64,000 nucleotides of DNA from Octopus vulgaris (GCA_951406725.2 OX597815.1:42160001-42224000), one strand, 5' to 3'; shown: positions 1 to 13,669, counted from the first letter of the stretch. The notes: generated by a model from the letters alone, not told the origin. Made by a program: numbers and translations.

Positions 1-56
1 GAACTCATTCTCTGAAATGCAATATAAAGACAAGATTCTGCTCTTATTGCACGCAC

Positions 57-85
57 GCACACACAAACACACACACACACGCACA

Positions 86-166
<81 letters not shown>

Positions 167-170
167 ACAC
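57..170. repeat. (CA)n microsatellite
   Basis: Direct dinucleotide repeat. Confidence 0.95.
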
Positions 171-223
171 ATCATATAATGTAGTTATTTCTGTTTCACG
201 GACCTTATATATATATATATATA

Positions 224-389
224 AAGGCGCAGGAGTGGGTGTGTGGTAAGCAGCTTGCTTACCAACCACATTGTTCCGGGTTCAGTCCCACTACGTGGCA
301 CCTTGGGCAAGTATCTTCTGCTATATCCTCGGGGTCGACCAAAGCCTTGTGAGTTGATTTGGTAGACGGAAACTGAAAGAAGTCTATCG

Positions 390-432
<43 letters not shown>

Positions 433-597
433 TTGTATGTCTGTTTGTTCTCCCACCATCGCTTGACAATCGATGCAAAACAGACCGATAGAAAAAGTAC
501 TAGACTTGCAAAGAATAAGTCCTGGAGTCGATTTGTTCAACTAAGGCGGTGCTCCAGCATGGTCGCAGTCAAAAGACTGAAACAAATAAAAGAATGA
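224..597 (+). mobile_element. tRNA-derived SINE, family A (internal TA/TG microsatellite)
   Basis: Head AGGCGCAGGAGTGG..GTGTGGTAAG with B-box-like GGGTTCAGTCCC; tail GGTGCTCCAGCATGG..GCAGTCAAA..ACTGAAACAA; homologous to 43742-44167 and 51811-52219. Confidence 0.85.
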
Positions 598-792
598 AAG
601 AATGCATATGTGTGTGTGTGGGTCTGTACATACACACATACACATCAATCAGATGAAGGTAAATGAGTAGAAATTTCGAAGTCACTGCCAAGCTTTTCCT
701 TGAAAGTATGTATGAGTGATCGTTCAATTACTCTTTTGTTTTTAATACATAACTACACACACACACACGCACACACACACATACACGCACAC

Positions 793-893
<101 letters not shown>

Positions 894-969
894 AGACTAT
901 TGAAAAGGTTGCAACACGCAACGAAAATTTTAGAAAATAAAAATAAAAAATAAGTGGAAATTTTTACCG

Positions 970-1320
970 GTGAGTGTGTTAAATAATAAGGCACTAAAAG
1001 AGAATGGCTCTCCCCAGACACAACAGGATATGCTTCAACACACAAACTCATATAAAGAATCTTGCAAACCAAATCCCAAAACGAATATATATATATATAT
1101 AACGCAGGAATGGCTGTGTGATATGTACATATATGACGGCATATATGTATATACAATGAAAAGTCTTCTAACACAAGCCCAAGTACACTCGTCAACAACA
1201 TCGAAACTGACAGTAAGTAAATGCGGAAGACCTACCTGTAGTATATGTGTCAATCTAACTGGGGGATCGGAATTCTCCTCAAACAGGGTCAACGTTTTAC
1301 AGTGAAACTATAAGCCTCTT
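970..1320 (+). mobile_element. Penelope-like retroelement ORF fragment (Cys motif preceding the GIY-YIG domain)
   Basis: SLLTQAQV..TVSKCGRPTCSICVNLTGGSEF resembles the LKSLL..AK..KCGRPRCxxC linker of Penelope ORFs (recognised by eye). Confidence 0.55.
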
Positions 1321-1483
1321 TTGAATGCTTCCACCACAAATGAAAGGGAAACAAGAACTTCGAGCAATTCCAACCACTACTACTACGACCACTGCAGGTT
1401 ACTTAAGTCGTTTGACCATGGACTATATACAGTGTCACACCACCTCTATATTTTTCTTTTCTTTCTCCTTTCTTTTCTTTCCC

Positions 1484-1562
1484 TCCTTCTCCTCCTCCTC
1501 CTCCTCGTCCTCCTCCACCTCCTCGTCCTCCACCTCCACCTCCTCCTCCTCCTCCTCCTCCT
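1484..1562. repeat. (TCC)n trinucleotide repeat
   Basis: Direct repeat; source of the poly-S/L/G ORFs. Confidence 0.9.
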
Positions 1563-1566
1563 ACTT

Positions 1567-1738
1567 GTTTTGTAAATATTTCCATATTATTTATATTATT
1601 TACATTTGACTGATAATTGATAAACTTAATGAAGGCTTGAGAGTACATCAGTCGAAACGTCGTGTTAACAAAAAAAAGACGAGGACAAATATCCGTCAAA
1701 TGTAAATAATGTAAATAATATGGAAATATTTACAAAAC
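1567..1738 (+). mobile_element. Penelope-type terminal repeat remnant with degenerate hammerhead motif and inverted tail
   Basis: TTAATGA-AGGCT..AGTC-GAAACGTC-GTGTT at ~1626-1666, homologous to 57564-57605; 1567-1610 is an inverted repeat of 1695-1738. Confidence 0.65.
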
Positions 1739-2119
1739 ATTTCACTTAGTTTTTTTTTCTTCTCTAATGTAATTGATTTACTTATTTTTACTCTTAATTG
1801 AAAAAGTCTTAAAGGCGGAAACCGGTACTAAAGTGTACCTCATGAAAATATTTTTTTCTACACATCAACTCGTGTGTTACTTTTCTACACACTCACACGC
1901 ACACGCACACACACAGACACACACGCGCGCGCGCGCGTTCGCGCACACACACACAATTAAAAAATGTGTAGCGAATAAACATACGAACATCTAAATACAC
2001 AGACGTACGGAAAACGCAGAAGGTCACCAGCTCCTCTTCAGTTATCGGCAGAAGGTAAAGCGCAATTTTGGCCATTATCGATAACATTGCTTATATACAT
2101 ATGCATATATATATATATA

Positions 2120-4038
2120 CAGTCAACTTTCGCTACTATGCCAGCCTGCGGGACTGAGCCAAAGTGGCATAGTACCGAGGGTCTGTTATCTAAACACTAC
2201 ATAACCAAAAATTTACTGAACATACGAATAAAAATTCATAGGGTTGGAAGTAAGGCCAATAAGAAGTTCAATGCAATGGTAAAAAGAAGACATCCAAGTT
2301 TATTAAGTTCAGATTGCTTTTAGTTAATCCCGATGCTCTCAAAAATTGTCGGCTGACGCATCTTCTTTCGGCGGATTTCATTCATTTCATTGTCTAGCCT
2401 ATCACACGCCTGCATGACGCTGGGTTTTCCGCTGCTCTGCTGCTGCATAAACTTTCGGATAGTGCTCCATGCTCTCTGGGCATCTGCAAACGAAACGTAT
2501 TCCTCTTCCACAATTACCTCGTCGTCTTCACTTTCCACCGGCTCTTCGTTATGCATTACCTCCTTTGCTATTTCTTCTAGAGTGAAAGATCCTCCAGTTA
2601 CGAGGCGATCGTCAGCACTGAGAAAATCACACAGCTCAATTGTTTCGTTCTCATGTGTCTTTTCCTCGGGAGGTAAAGCTTTCCAGATCTCGAGCAGCTC
2701 AGCATCCTCTGGCTCTATTTGTATTTCCTTTTCAATAAACTTGGCTTTCGCGAAACAGTTCTTAATCGTCAATTCACTGACCTGCTCCCATGCACGCCGA
2801 GCGACGTGCAGAGAGTCGAGCAATGTAAATTTAAACTCGTTTCCTTCGTCCATGGCTTCGAGACGGCGGGACAGCGAGAGCTTTTTGTAATGGTGCTTAA
2901 GATTTTGTATGATTCCCTGATCCATTGGTTGGGAATTTGCTGTCGTGTTGGGCGGAAAGAAGAGCATTTGGACGTCAGAAGGGTGACCAGAGAAGTTATC
3001 GAGGCAGCAACACTTTGCGGTTTTGCTGCCCGAGTTGTCCGTCCCACGTTTGTAACATTTCTTCAAAAATTTCTGCTGTCATCCACGCCTTCGAATTAGC
3101 CTTGTACTTCACAGGAATCTCTTTGTTCTTAAACGCACGAGGTTGCTTGGAATATCCGATCACCAGAAGAGGTAGCTTCTCGCTGCCGCTTAAGTTTGCT
3201 CCGACCAAAAGAGTGATTCGTTGCTTGCTTTTCTTTCACCCTGTGCACCGCACTCCCCTGAAAGCCATGGTCTTGTTCGGAAGTAGTTGCCAAAAGAGTC
3301 CAGTTTCGTTCAAGTTGAACACGTCGTTCGCGGAAAACTGCCTGAGCAAGGGCCAGAGAACCTCTTGTTTCCACTTAATAAGATATTGAGAATTCACCGC
3401 TCCAGCTTCGCCCTGCACTGTCTTGAACGTGATGCCGTGACGATTTTTGAAATTGTCTAGCCAACCGTCGCTTGCCATAAAGTTCGGAATGTGCATAAGC
3501 TCGGCCAGTTTAATTGCTTTCTCCTTCAAAAGATCACCACCGACCGGCAGATTCTGTCCTCTTGCTTGTTTCAGCCACATTAGCACGCCATCATCGAGCT
3601 TCGGGTTGTGAGTTTACGTCAGCTTCATGCGCTTCGATGGAATTCCAACGTTGATGGCTGCCTCGATTGCATCCTTTTTGTTGCGAATGCCCTTCACCGT
3701 GGTTCTCTTGACTTCGATGTCCCATTTCTTGCTCATTTCTCTAGCCAGCTTAGACTGGTTCGGCTCGTGTTTCGCAGCATCGATAATCTCCTTCTTTTCC
3801 TTCAGCGTAAACTCAGTCCGCTTGCGTTTCTGAGCTGACATTGTGTGCTACTTTCTGAACTTTTCCACAAGATTACAAATACGAAATGTACAAAATGTAG
3901 GAGTACAAAATTTTGAAAAGTTGCGTGCGCTTCAGTTTACAAGTGGCATAGTAGCGAGAGTTGAGGGTGGCATAGTAAAACCTTTTTGTTTATTATTTGG
4001 CCGGGACCGCGCAAAACTGGCATAGTAGCGAGAGTTGA

Positions 4039-4041
<3 letters not shown>
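2120..4041 (-). mobile_element. Tigger/pogo DNA transposon, full length
   Basis: 23-bp TIRs CAGTCAACTTTCGCTACTATGCC (2120-2142) and GGCATAGTAGCGAGAGTTGACTG (4019-4041), flanked by TA inside (TA)n. Confidence 0.95.
2320..3841 (-). pseudogene. Tigger/TIGD-like transposase (psq HTH, CENP-B HTH, DDE_1), frameshifted
   Basis: KRKRTEFTLKEKKEII; ASDGWLDNFKNRHGI; VFNLNETGLFW; GSEKLPLLVIG; NSKAWMT; FFPPNTTANSQPMDQGII, split across four ORFs. Confidence 0.92.
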
Positions 4042-4085
<44 letters not shown>

Positions 4086-4294
4086 TATATGTATATGCAT
4101 ATATATATATATGAATATATATATATATATATGCATATATATATATATGCATATATATATGCATATATATATATATATGCATATATGTGCATATATATAT
4201 ATGCATATATATATATATTCTTTTATTCTTTTATATGTTTCAGCCTTGAGGCTACGGCCATGCTGGGTCACCACCAGTGTAATCACCTTTTAAT

Positions 4295-4835
4295 TGGTCA
4301 ATTCTATGGGATTGGCTTTTGCTGAAGGAGGGAGTTCGTTGCCGCCGCCTTCTTTTGAATTTTCTGCCTTGATATTGGTTCATCTGAGACCTTGGATAGC
4401 AAGCGGTCAAAGTGCTTCTTGGAAACATCTGCTCCCACTCCATGGAGATCCCTCAGGTGTTTTGGCAAAGATTTAAATAGATTTAAATAGCTGTGGGCCC
4501 TTGAATCTCAAGCTATTGCAGTAGATGATCTTTGCCTTAGATGACACAGATGGGACTTTTGGAACAGTGCAGTGACGTCCATCTCGAGGTCTGGTATAAC
4601 TTTCGATTCCAAAGTTTGGTGCCAACCTCTCCGGTATCTTCCACACATATATCATTGCATACCTCTCCCGTCTTCGCTGCTGAGGGTAGAGTCGTAGCTC
4701 TTTCAGTCTCTGCTTGTAGCTCATCTGTTCCATTGATGCAATCTTCCTCGTGTAGTATCGCTGAACCGCCTCAAGTTCTGCTATTAATTCTACAGTATAC
4801 AGTGACTACTGTTGAGAGCAGTAATCCAGACGGCT
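4295..4835 (-). mobile_element. CR1/L2-like LINE 3' end fragment
   Basis: MSYKQRLKELRLYPQQRRRERYAMIYVWKI..NSLRFKGPQLF, typical C-terminus after the RT domain. Confidence 0.75.
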
Positions 4836-5190
4836 GAGGACAAATGTCCATCATAGGACAAGTATATATGTAAGACTTCAATTTCAACGAGGATCTTTGC
4901 CCTTTTGTCGCTGCTAAACTTGCCTCTGTTTCTCAGAGCTGCTGATCTCACGTCACTTCTGTTCAGACACACCCGACTTACTTGTCTCTGTTCCTCTCAT
5001 TACCCATGTTGTTTTGCGTCCAAACCCCTATCATCACAACCAACGGTTTGAAAGAGAAGGCATGGAAGTAGTAATTAGGAAACTACAACGCCCATTTCTT
5101 CATCCCCAGAACGCCGGCCCTCTGGAATTCGATCTTTGCTCATGTTTTTCTTGCAAGTGCCGACCTGCTATCGTCTAAGTGGAACGCTTA
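4836..5190 (+). mobile_element. Jockey/CR1-like LINE 3' fragment
   Basis: FIPRTPALWNSIFAHVF at ~5099-5150 resembles the FxPRTxxLWNSLP terminal motif. Confidence 0.55.
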
Positions 5191-5194
5191 TGAC

Positions 5195-5537
5195 ATCAAT
5201 ATTACGGATTCCATGGACAGCGAGGCTCACTAATGGAGAAGTTCTTAACCAGATCAAGCCGAAACTGTCGCTAGAAGCTAGGATCACCAAGCATAGATTG
5301 ACATATTTTGGTCATATTATGCGGAGAAAATCCTTGGAGAAGGACATCATGCTCAGAATGGTCAGTGGCGAGAGAGGAAGAGGCCGATCAAGAACTCGTT
5401 GGATTGACACCATCAAGAGTGACACGGGAATAGCCATAGCCAATCTGAAAGAAGCGACCCAGGATAGAACTGGCTTGAGAACACTGATCCATCGAGTAGC
5501 CGAGAGTCGACTTCGACTGAGAGGATAGATAGATAGA
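5195..5537 (+). mobile_element. RTE-clade LINE 3' end with (GATA)n tail
   Basis: LRIPWTARLTNGEVL..LTYFGHIMRRKSLEKDIML..GRGRSRTRWID..QDR. Confidence 0.85.
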
Positions 5538-6627
5538 GGGCCTGCAAAAGCTATGGACATCTTCCTCCATATCCAGGAAGTAAACAAATACATGGAATTT
5601 TCTGCGTTAATATATTCTATGATTTCACAGAGGCTAAAATTGTTTATAGAAATTATTTTCGTCGCAATATAAGAAACTTCTGCATATTTTAATTAGAAGT
5701 TGAAATAGGCTTACATTTCTTGTAATGAAACGTAAATAATTTATATTAACGAGTTACATAACTTATAAATATGCATTGCAATTGGAAAATAAATTCTTCC
5801 ATTTATAAATCTGTAAATTTAATGCGGAATTTGTCCATTTATGACACATTTGGTTCAATACCTACTGAATATTTATCAATAATTGGTTCAATTTCAATAG
5901 CATATTCGCCAATAAAAATATCTCATAAATGTTTAGTGTGTACAATTAAGCAAATCAAATATAATTTAGAATTACATAATTATTATATTGTTGATAATTA
6001 TATATCGATGAATTGGAAATTATGTATTTAGATAAAACTACTTAGATTCAGTCGTATGCTTTTGAAAAATGAAAACAAAAAAAAAATCCAACAAAATATC
6101 CACTTGAAAGAGAATGTATGGATTTGATTATGTTCCATTAAACTCATACTTTGTATTTAGTAGTGTAGATATTTGTAAATACAAAAATTTTGTAAACAAG
6201 AAATGAAACGTAACAGATAAACGATATAATCTAACTGGTTACGTGAGATGATGGAAGTATTCATGAGTCATCCTTTTTTCTGTCAGAATCTCTTAGCGTC
6301 AAAATTAAAATCAAAATAACTATTGAAAAAAAAATTAACTAGTATGTATACCACAAGAAATATTGACATACAACTTGAAAAAAAGGGTCAAACAACAAAA
6401 TGTTTTCATTAATAACAGATTTAATTATACAAAAATGAGATGTTTATCTGGATTTATTGAGATTGAACAGAGAAATATTATTAGTCAGTGATACTGGAAT
6501 ATTAGAACACAGAGGAATGGAAATTGCACGTAGAGTAAATGATGACAAAATGCATCTAAATCTTGTCTGTTTTCACAGAAGTGAAAATATTTCAATAATA
6601 ATAATAATAATAATAATGATGATAATT

Positions 6628-7078
6628 AATTCGTTTATTGGTCACAAGGGCTGACAAAAATTAATTAAAACATAAAGGGACGAAACACAGGACGAAAGTT
6701 ACAAAGGGCTTTGTCCGTTTGTAAAAAAAAACGTGTAAAAATTCCAGAGATAACAACGAAAATATAACAATTGAAATTCCCAATAGGGGGAGGCGCTTCG
6801 AAAGGTTACTCGTGGAAAAACCCATAAAAGCCAAGGGAGCCTGGTCAAAAGTGGGGTAGAGAGCCCCTTTCTCCTTTTATAACACCTTTTTATACTACAG
6901 GTGTATCCTCAGAATTGATCCATTTATACTGGCCATTCTTGCGACATTTACCCACCTTTCAGTAAACTTGCTATCAGACAGCACTTCCCTCTCTACTCTC
7001 ACTTTCCTTTTCAAGTGAAACTTGAAAAAGTTGATGAGGCCTTGGCCAAAGAGGAAAGTGTCTGATCTTAGCCCTTTA
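6628..7078 (-). mobile_element. LINE 3' end fragment (L1/Tx1-like) abutting (AAT)n
   Basis: Reverse frame reads GQGLINFFKFHLKRKVRVEREVLSDSKFTERWVNV; an AATAAA signal precedes the (ATT)n tail. Confidence 0.45.
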
Positions 7079-7116
7079 ATAATGATTTGTAAATTATTAT
7101 AAAATAGATATGGAAC

Positions 7117-7365
7117 AATCCGTTTGTCTGTCCTTGTTTGTCCTCTCTGTGTTTAGCCCCTTGTGGGTAGTAAAGAAATAGGTATTTCGTCTGCCGCTAC
7201 GTTCTGAGTTCAAATTCCACCGAGGTCGACTTTGCCTTTCATCCTTTCGAGGTCGATTAAATAAATACCAGTTACGCACTGGGGTAGATATAATCGACTT
7301 AATCCGTTTGTCTGTCCTTGTTTGTCCTCTCTGTGTGTAGCCCCTTGTGAGCAGTAAAGAAATAA
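7117..7365 (+). mobile_element. SINE family C, 5'-truncated, tail segment duplicated
   Basis: Core GTTCAAATTCC.CCGAGGTCGACTTTGCCTTTCATCCTTTCG; tail AATCCGTTTGTCTGTCCTTG..AAAGAAATA present at 7117 and 7301. Confidence 0.8.
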
Positions 7366-7635
7366 GAACAACGCGAGATGAAGTGGTTTGCTCAAGAACA
7401 CAACGCACCACTCGGTTTAGGAATTGAAACTACGACCTCGCGATCGCGAGTGCAACAACCTAGAAAAATTCCCGTACAGTAATATACTGCATCAACAGAA
7501 TATTGTATGAATAAAGTATATGTTCAGAATATTTTGTGCATGCAGCTACAGATAATTTGTCACAGCTAAATTGTTAAGTCTAAGATGTAATGTAATGTTT
7601 TACAACGAAGACATGATCTGATCGTGTTTGCGTTT

Positions 7636-7677
<42 letters not shown>

Positions 7678-7938
7678 TGTGTGTGTGTGTGTGTGTGTGG
7701 ATGTGTGTGTGTATGTGTGTATGTATACATGTGTGTGTATGTGTGTGTGTGTGCGTGCATGCATGTATGTATGTGTATGTGTGTGCATGTGTGTATATGT
7801 GTGTGTATGCACGTGTGTGTTTGTGTGTGTGTATGTATCAATGTGTTTGTCTGTGTGTGTGTACGTGTGTGTAAGTGCGCGCACGTGTGTATGTGTGTGT
7901 GTGCACGTGTATTTGTGGGTGTGTGTGTACATATATGA

Positions 7939-7975
<37 letters not shown>

Positions 7976-7986
7976 TGCGTGTGTGT
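7636..7986. repeat. Degenerate (TG)n microsatellite
   Basis: Direct repeat. Confidence 0.9.
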
Positions 7987-8478
7987 AAAGCAATACCATA
8001 GATAATTCAAATTAGTAACGGTCCAAAAAGTACGACCATTCTTCCAGCATTAGATTAGAACTAACTCAGTTGCAATTTTCTCGTTTATTTATAGCTAAAA
8101 ATGAACTCTATGGACTCGAACACACATGATTTTGCACCGAAAACGTGTCTAAAATACATTCTTTATATTTGTTGAAACCAGCCATGTGATATGATGCAAT
8201 GTTCTCTATAAAGTGTGAAAATAATATATTTTGGGCGCAAAATAGCACTTGGAATATTATCTAGGAAATCAAAATGTTGTATAGAGTTTTGGGATATTAC
8301 TACGCTCACACTTATTTCTAACCAATAGAATTGCAGTTAATATGTGAACTTGTCGAACAAAATCCATTCCCGCACATTATAAGCTTTGGTACTTGGTTGT
8401 TAATTACGCATAATTATGTATATATATATATATATATATGGAGAGTGTGTACGTGTGAAAAAAAATGAAAGAGAAAGA

Positions 8479-8557
<79 letters not shown>

Positions 8558-8845
8558 TGGAGTGTTTCTGTGGAAGAATGCACATACGAAAGCATCGTCA
8601 ACCATAAGACTGCCTATTAATTTCGAGACGCTGTATTTCAACTCCATTATCACATGCAAGCAAAGCGAATTCTTTGCCAATTAAGATAATTTCTTTATAT
8701 GTCTCTTGGCAAATACAACGAATAATGTGGATGAAGGAGATTACATAAGAGAAAATTAAAAGTTATAGTATTTAAATTAAGGAAATGACAGAAATTAAAG
8801 TTACGCAGAGAAGAACGAAAGAATCGATAATCAGGATATATATAC

Positions 8846-8904
<59 letters not shown>

Positions 8905-8968
8905 TAACAACATCGAAATAATCAATAATCAGGATATATATATATATATTTATATATCTATCTATCTA

Positions 8969-9025
<57 letters not shown>

Positions 9026-9048
9026 TGATTATTGATTATTTCGATATG

Positions 9049-9274
9049 TATGTGTGTGTGTGTATATATATGCATATATATGTATGTATATATATGAATA
9101 TTCATACATATATATATATATATATGCATATATATATATGTATATATATATTATATATATGTATATATGTAATATACACATATATATATTACATATATGT
9201 ATCTATATAATATATATATATATATGTATATATATAAATATTATATATATGTATATGTACATATATATAATATG

Positions 9275-9305
<31 letters not shown>

Positions 9306-9423
9306 GCATGCACGTATATACATGTATATATATATGTATATATGTATATGCATATATATGGAAGCACCTATATATATGTATATATAAATACACAGTATAT
9401 ATGTATATGCATTTATGTATATG

Positions 9424-9455
<32 letters not shown>

Positions 9456-9570
9456 CAAACACTCACACCATATATCTATCAATATATAGTTATATTTATA
9501 TATGCATGTATATGTTATATATGTTTGTACACACCCACATATTTACAATATATACGCATGTATATACATA
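9049..9570. repeat. Degenerate (TA)n/(TATG)n low-complexity tract
   Basis: Direct repeat. Confidence 0.9.
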
Positions 9571-9748
9571 TCTGGCTTTCAGTGACAAAGAGCCCACCAT
9601 TCGTTTCAGTTATTTTTGATGACAGCTGGAGTTGATTCTCTACTTCTGATATGGAACCGTTTGGTAATTTGGCTAACACGAGGCTATCATACAGTATTAT
9701 GTTAATAATAATATACACGCCTATCACACACACACACACATGTATATG

Positions 9749-9806
<58 letters not shown>

Positions 9807-9954
9807 CGTTTGTATGTATATATATATGTTGGTATTGAATAGTACAAATTGCGAATTTGCAAGATGTAAGATGTTTTGAATAACTGCTAATTAATGAAAC
9901 AATTGATTCAAAATAAAAGAGACCGAAGTATAATCAACTGTATTTGTAGCTTCG

Positions 9955-10084
<130 letters not shown>

Positions 10085-10489
10085 ACATATACATATGTAT
10101 ATTCTATAATTTTGAGTATAATTATAATTAGGGTTCAGCTAAAATTTGCACATACCGAAGTTTAGAAATAGCAGTTAAACTACTATTTCACTACCATAAG
10201 ACAATCTTATGGTAGTGATGTGAAAAATGTAAAATCATATTTCTACTCTCTTATTCTTCTCTTCTGTACAGTAATTCAAGATTTTAAATTTAAGAGCATT
10301 GAAAAATTAACATACTTATCTGATCAGGTGACATCATACAACGTATATCCAACGACCAGTACATCCGAATTCAAAGAAGCCCGTCGTATATACATACAAC
10401 ATACATACATACATACATACATACATACATACATACATACATACATACATACATACATACATGCATACACACACACACACACACATATA

Positions 10490-10960
10490 TGTATGTGTGT
10501 GTATATGTTTGCATGTCTCTGCTTGTCTCACCAACATCGCTTGGCAACCGATGCTAGTGTGTTTTCGTCCCCGTAAACTAGCGGTTCGGCAAAAGAGTCC
10601 GATACAATAAGTACTTGGCTTACAAAGAATAACTCCTGGAGTCGAATTTCTCGATTAAAGGCGGTGCTCCAACATGGGCTCAGTCAAATGACTGAAACAA
10701 GTAAAAGAGTAATATATATATATATATATACTCTTTACTCTTTACTCTTTTACTTGTTTCAGTCATTTGACTGCGGCCATGCTGGAGCACCGCCTTTAGT
10801 CGAGCAAATCGACCCCGGGACTTATTCTTTGTAAGCCCAGTACTTATTCTATCGGCCTCTTTTGCCGAACCGCTAAGTGACGGGGACGTAAACACACCAG
10901 CATCGGTTGTCAAGCAATGCTGGGGGGACAAACACAGACACACAAACATATACACACATA
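10490..10960. mobile_element. Two SINE family A 3' halves, tail-to-tail
   Basis: + copy ends ..GACTGAAACAAGTAAAAGAGT (~10710); minus copy starts ACTCTTTTACTTGTTTCAGTC (~10745); (TA)n between them. Confidence 0.8.
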
Positions 10961-11298
10961 TATATATATATATATACATATATAATATATACATATATAT
11001 ATATAATATATATATTATTCGAAATTTAATGAGACATACGTACTCATATAAATTCAATATCTGCTTTCGTACTCATATATGTGTTCCATAATTGTGTAAA
11101 TGCTATGCATTACAATAATATCTATGCAAGTAGTTCGAAATTATACGAGTTTTTTTTTTATTATACAGTGCGGCATGCTTACGCCGAAAGAAGAAATGTG
11201 GATTGACCTTTCACACATGGAAATACAATAGCATACTAAATGCGCGAATTTTAACATATTTGCCTTAAGAAACTGTCTTTGAATAATGTTATATTATA

Positions 11299-11681
11299 CT
11301 AGCAGTATCACCCGGCGTTGCTCGGGTTTGTAAGGGAAATAACTATAAAGCATTTTTAGAGAGTTATAGCCAAAAAATAGCAAAAAAATGGAAAAAAATG
11401 ATGGTAAATATTTTTGAGAGTTAAAAAGGTCGAGTTGCGTCCCCTAGACAGTTTGTGGTTTGTGTTTCTGATTCTCGACCCCATGTCGAATTTATCGATT
11501 TATTTCAGAACTGGGGGAACTTTTCAAAATTTTCGCTGCGTTAGTTTTGAATTATGACATTGGGCTATGTGTGTGTCAAGTTTCAACAGAATCCGGTTGA
11601 AAGCCGTGGTCAGAGTGAGGGTACAACCTAACAGACACACAGACACGCAGACAGACAAACTGCCGTTTATATATAGAGAGA
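11299..11681 (-). mobile_element. Non-autonomous Helitron
   Basis: Minus strand starts TC and ends with hairpin CCCGAGCAACGCCGGG followed by CTAG; inserted between A and T with no TSD. Confidence 0.8.
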
Positions 11682-12437
11682 TAGAGTCTGGACAATTCTG
11701 GCACCGAACATCGTAATTGTTTCTGGCAGAATACTACTGTTTCTGCTGCATCATGTTTTCCATTTTCGAATGTAATTTTATTTACTTAAACATACTTAAT
11801 TTTAACTCCCATTATTTCTCTTTATTGGATTTTTCATTGATTAAAAAAATTAAAATAAAACTATTGATCTGATTTACTCGGAATAAATTATAATCCTTGA
11901 AATTTTCTACATTCTGAAACTAAGTTTTTCTCCGAATTCTGTAAATTTTCTACATGTAGCAGAGCTGTAAAAAATAATTGATATTCTTCGAAATGAGAAA
12001 AAAGAAAAAAAGCAAAGAAGAGAGAAAGTATCATAAATGGTGTATCTATATTTTAACATTTGAATAGAAGATTGTTAAAAGGAAACCTGATATAACAATT
12101 CGACTAATTCGTCGCAGTAATCTGTGCTAGTTTGTGTACAAGTGTATAATGTAAAAGGGGCTTTTGGAGAATAACCTACAATATACACTATTGGGGAAGA
12201 ATATATCTTAAAGAAATTGTTTACACGGAGATTAACATTTATTCTTCTACAGTCTTACATAACTTTCACTCAAGTCTCATTTATGAAATGCTATTCTGTA
12301 ATCAACATTATTATGCATTTATAATTATTGTCAATGACTAAATTCACGATGGTTTTTCTGTTAAATTCCAGATGTTTAAAGAGTTCAAGACAACTGACAA
12401 AATATGTTAAAAGCGAAGATTCTAGCAAGTCTCTTCA

Positions 12438-12533
<96 letters not shown>

Positions 12534-12675
12534 GTTTAAAGATAGATAAATAGATAGACAGAGAGAAAGAGGAAGTGAGAGAGAGTGAGGGAGAAATAAA
12601 TAAAAATAAAGATACATAGATAGATAGATAGAGAGAGATTGAGAGAGAGATTGAGAGATTGAGAGAGAGAGAGAG

Positions 12676-12735
<60 letters not shown>
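12438..12735. repeat. (TCTA)n followed by (GA)n microsatellites
   Basis: Direct repeats. Confidence 0.9.
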
Positions 12736-12739
<4 letters not shown>

Positions 12740-13669
12740 AAGAAAACCTACGCATTTACCAGATTTCGTGTTTGTAGTAGTTAGAAGAACTTAATTTAAT
12801 AAGGAAAATAAAATGGTTTTTCAGACAGCCTATTTGCAGTTCACAAAATTAGGTTTTCTATTATTGATTAGACAATAAAAAACTGAGAGAAATCAGTTAT
12901 TTTAAGAAATACCAATATTGTTAAAAATTGAATGTCACAACCGTAATCTAATGTTGCAGTTTTAATATCTCATATACTTTGAAAATATTTTCCTTTGGAC
13001 CGTAAAACTGGAGAAAAAAAAAAGAAAAGAATCTTTATTATTTGTTGTAGATCAATACCAGATGATTTATGATATAGTTGTTTTCTTGCGAAAGTCAAAC
13101 ATCAAAGATATAACTTCCTTTTTTCTTCTTTGGTCGAATGAAATTATTGCCGTGAAACCACTGAAAATATTGTCTTATCTGTCTTTAACTGTCTTTTATC
13201 ATTGAATTCCCGGACAAATAGAACGTCTCTCTTATAAATGGAGAAGGCATAAACCTTACATTTTGAGAAAGAGAAAATTATTTGTGACGTCTAAAGCGTC
13301 TGCTAACAAAATTAGCAACGGAAGTGAAAAGATACCTTTAAGTGAGGACGGAAATTGGGTCTTTGACGCAGGTCGCCTCACCATTTCTTGACTAAGCACA
13401 AAACCAGTTGTAGTTGGTGAAGAGTTACTATCAAGTAACTTCAGTCCTAATGTATATATTATTATGTGCTATTATGTATTTATTTAATCCCTTTTGATGG
13501 GATTAAAGGAAAAGAATCACGGGCGGGATTTAAACCCCCCCCCCAATATACAACAACAAAGGATGACAATGATTTAAATTATGCAATAGAAGTAGCTCTA
13601 GAATAAAGTTTTAAAAAAATCTATATGATATATCTATTTTCTGTGTGTAGAAAAGCCCGATGCTACAAT

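Noticed and set aside
2390-2890. 166-aa + strand ORF
   Set aside because: Antisense shadow of the Tigger transposase
9054-9635. 193-aa ORF and many similar YI/CV/HT/LSIY-rich ORFs (e.g. 7600-8010, 42934-43497, 49866-50585)
   Set aside because: Translations of microsatellites; stop-free only because of repeat composition
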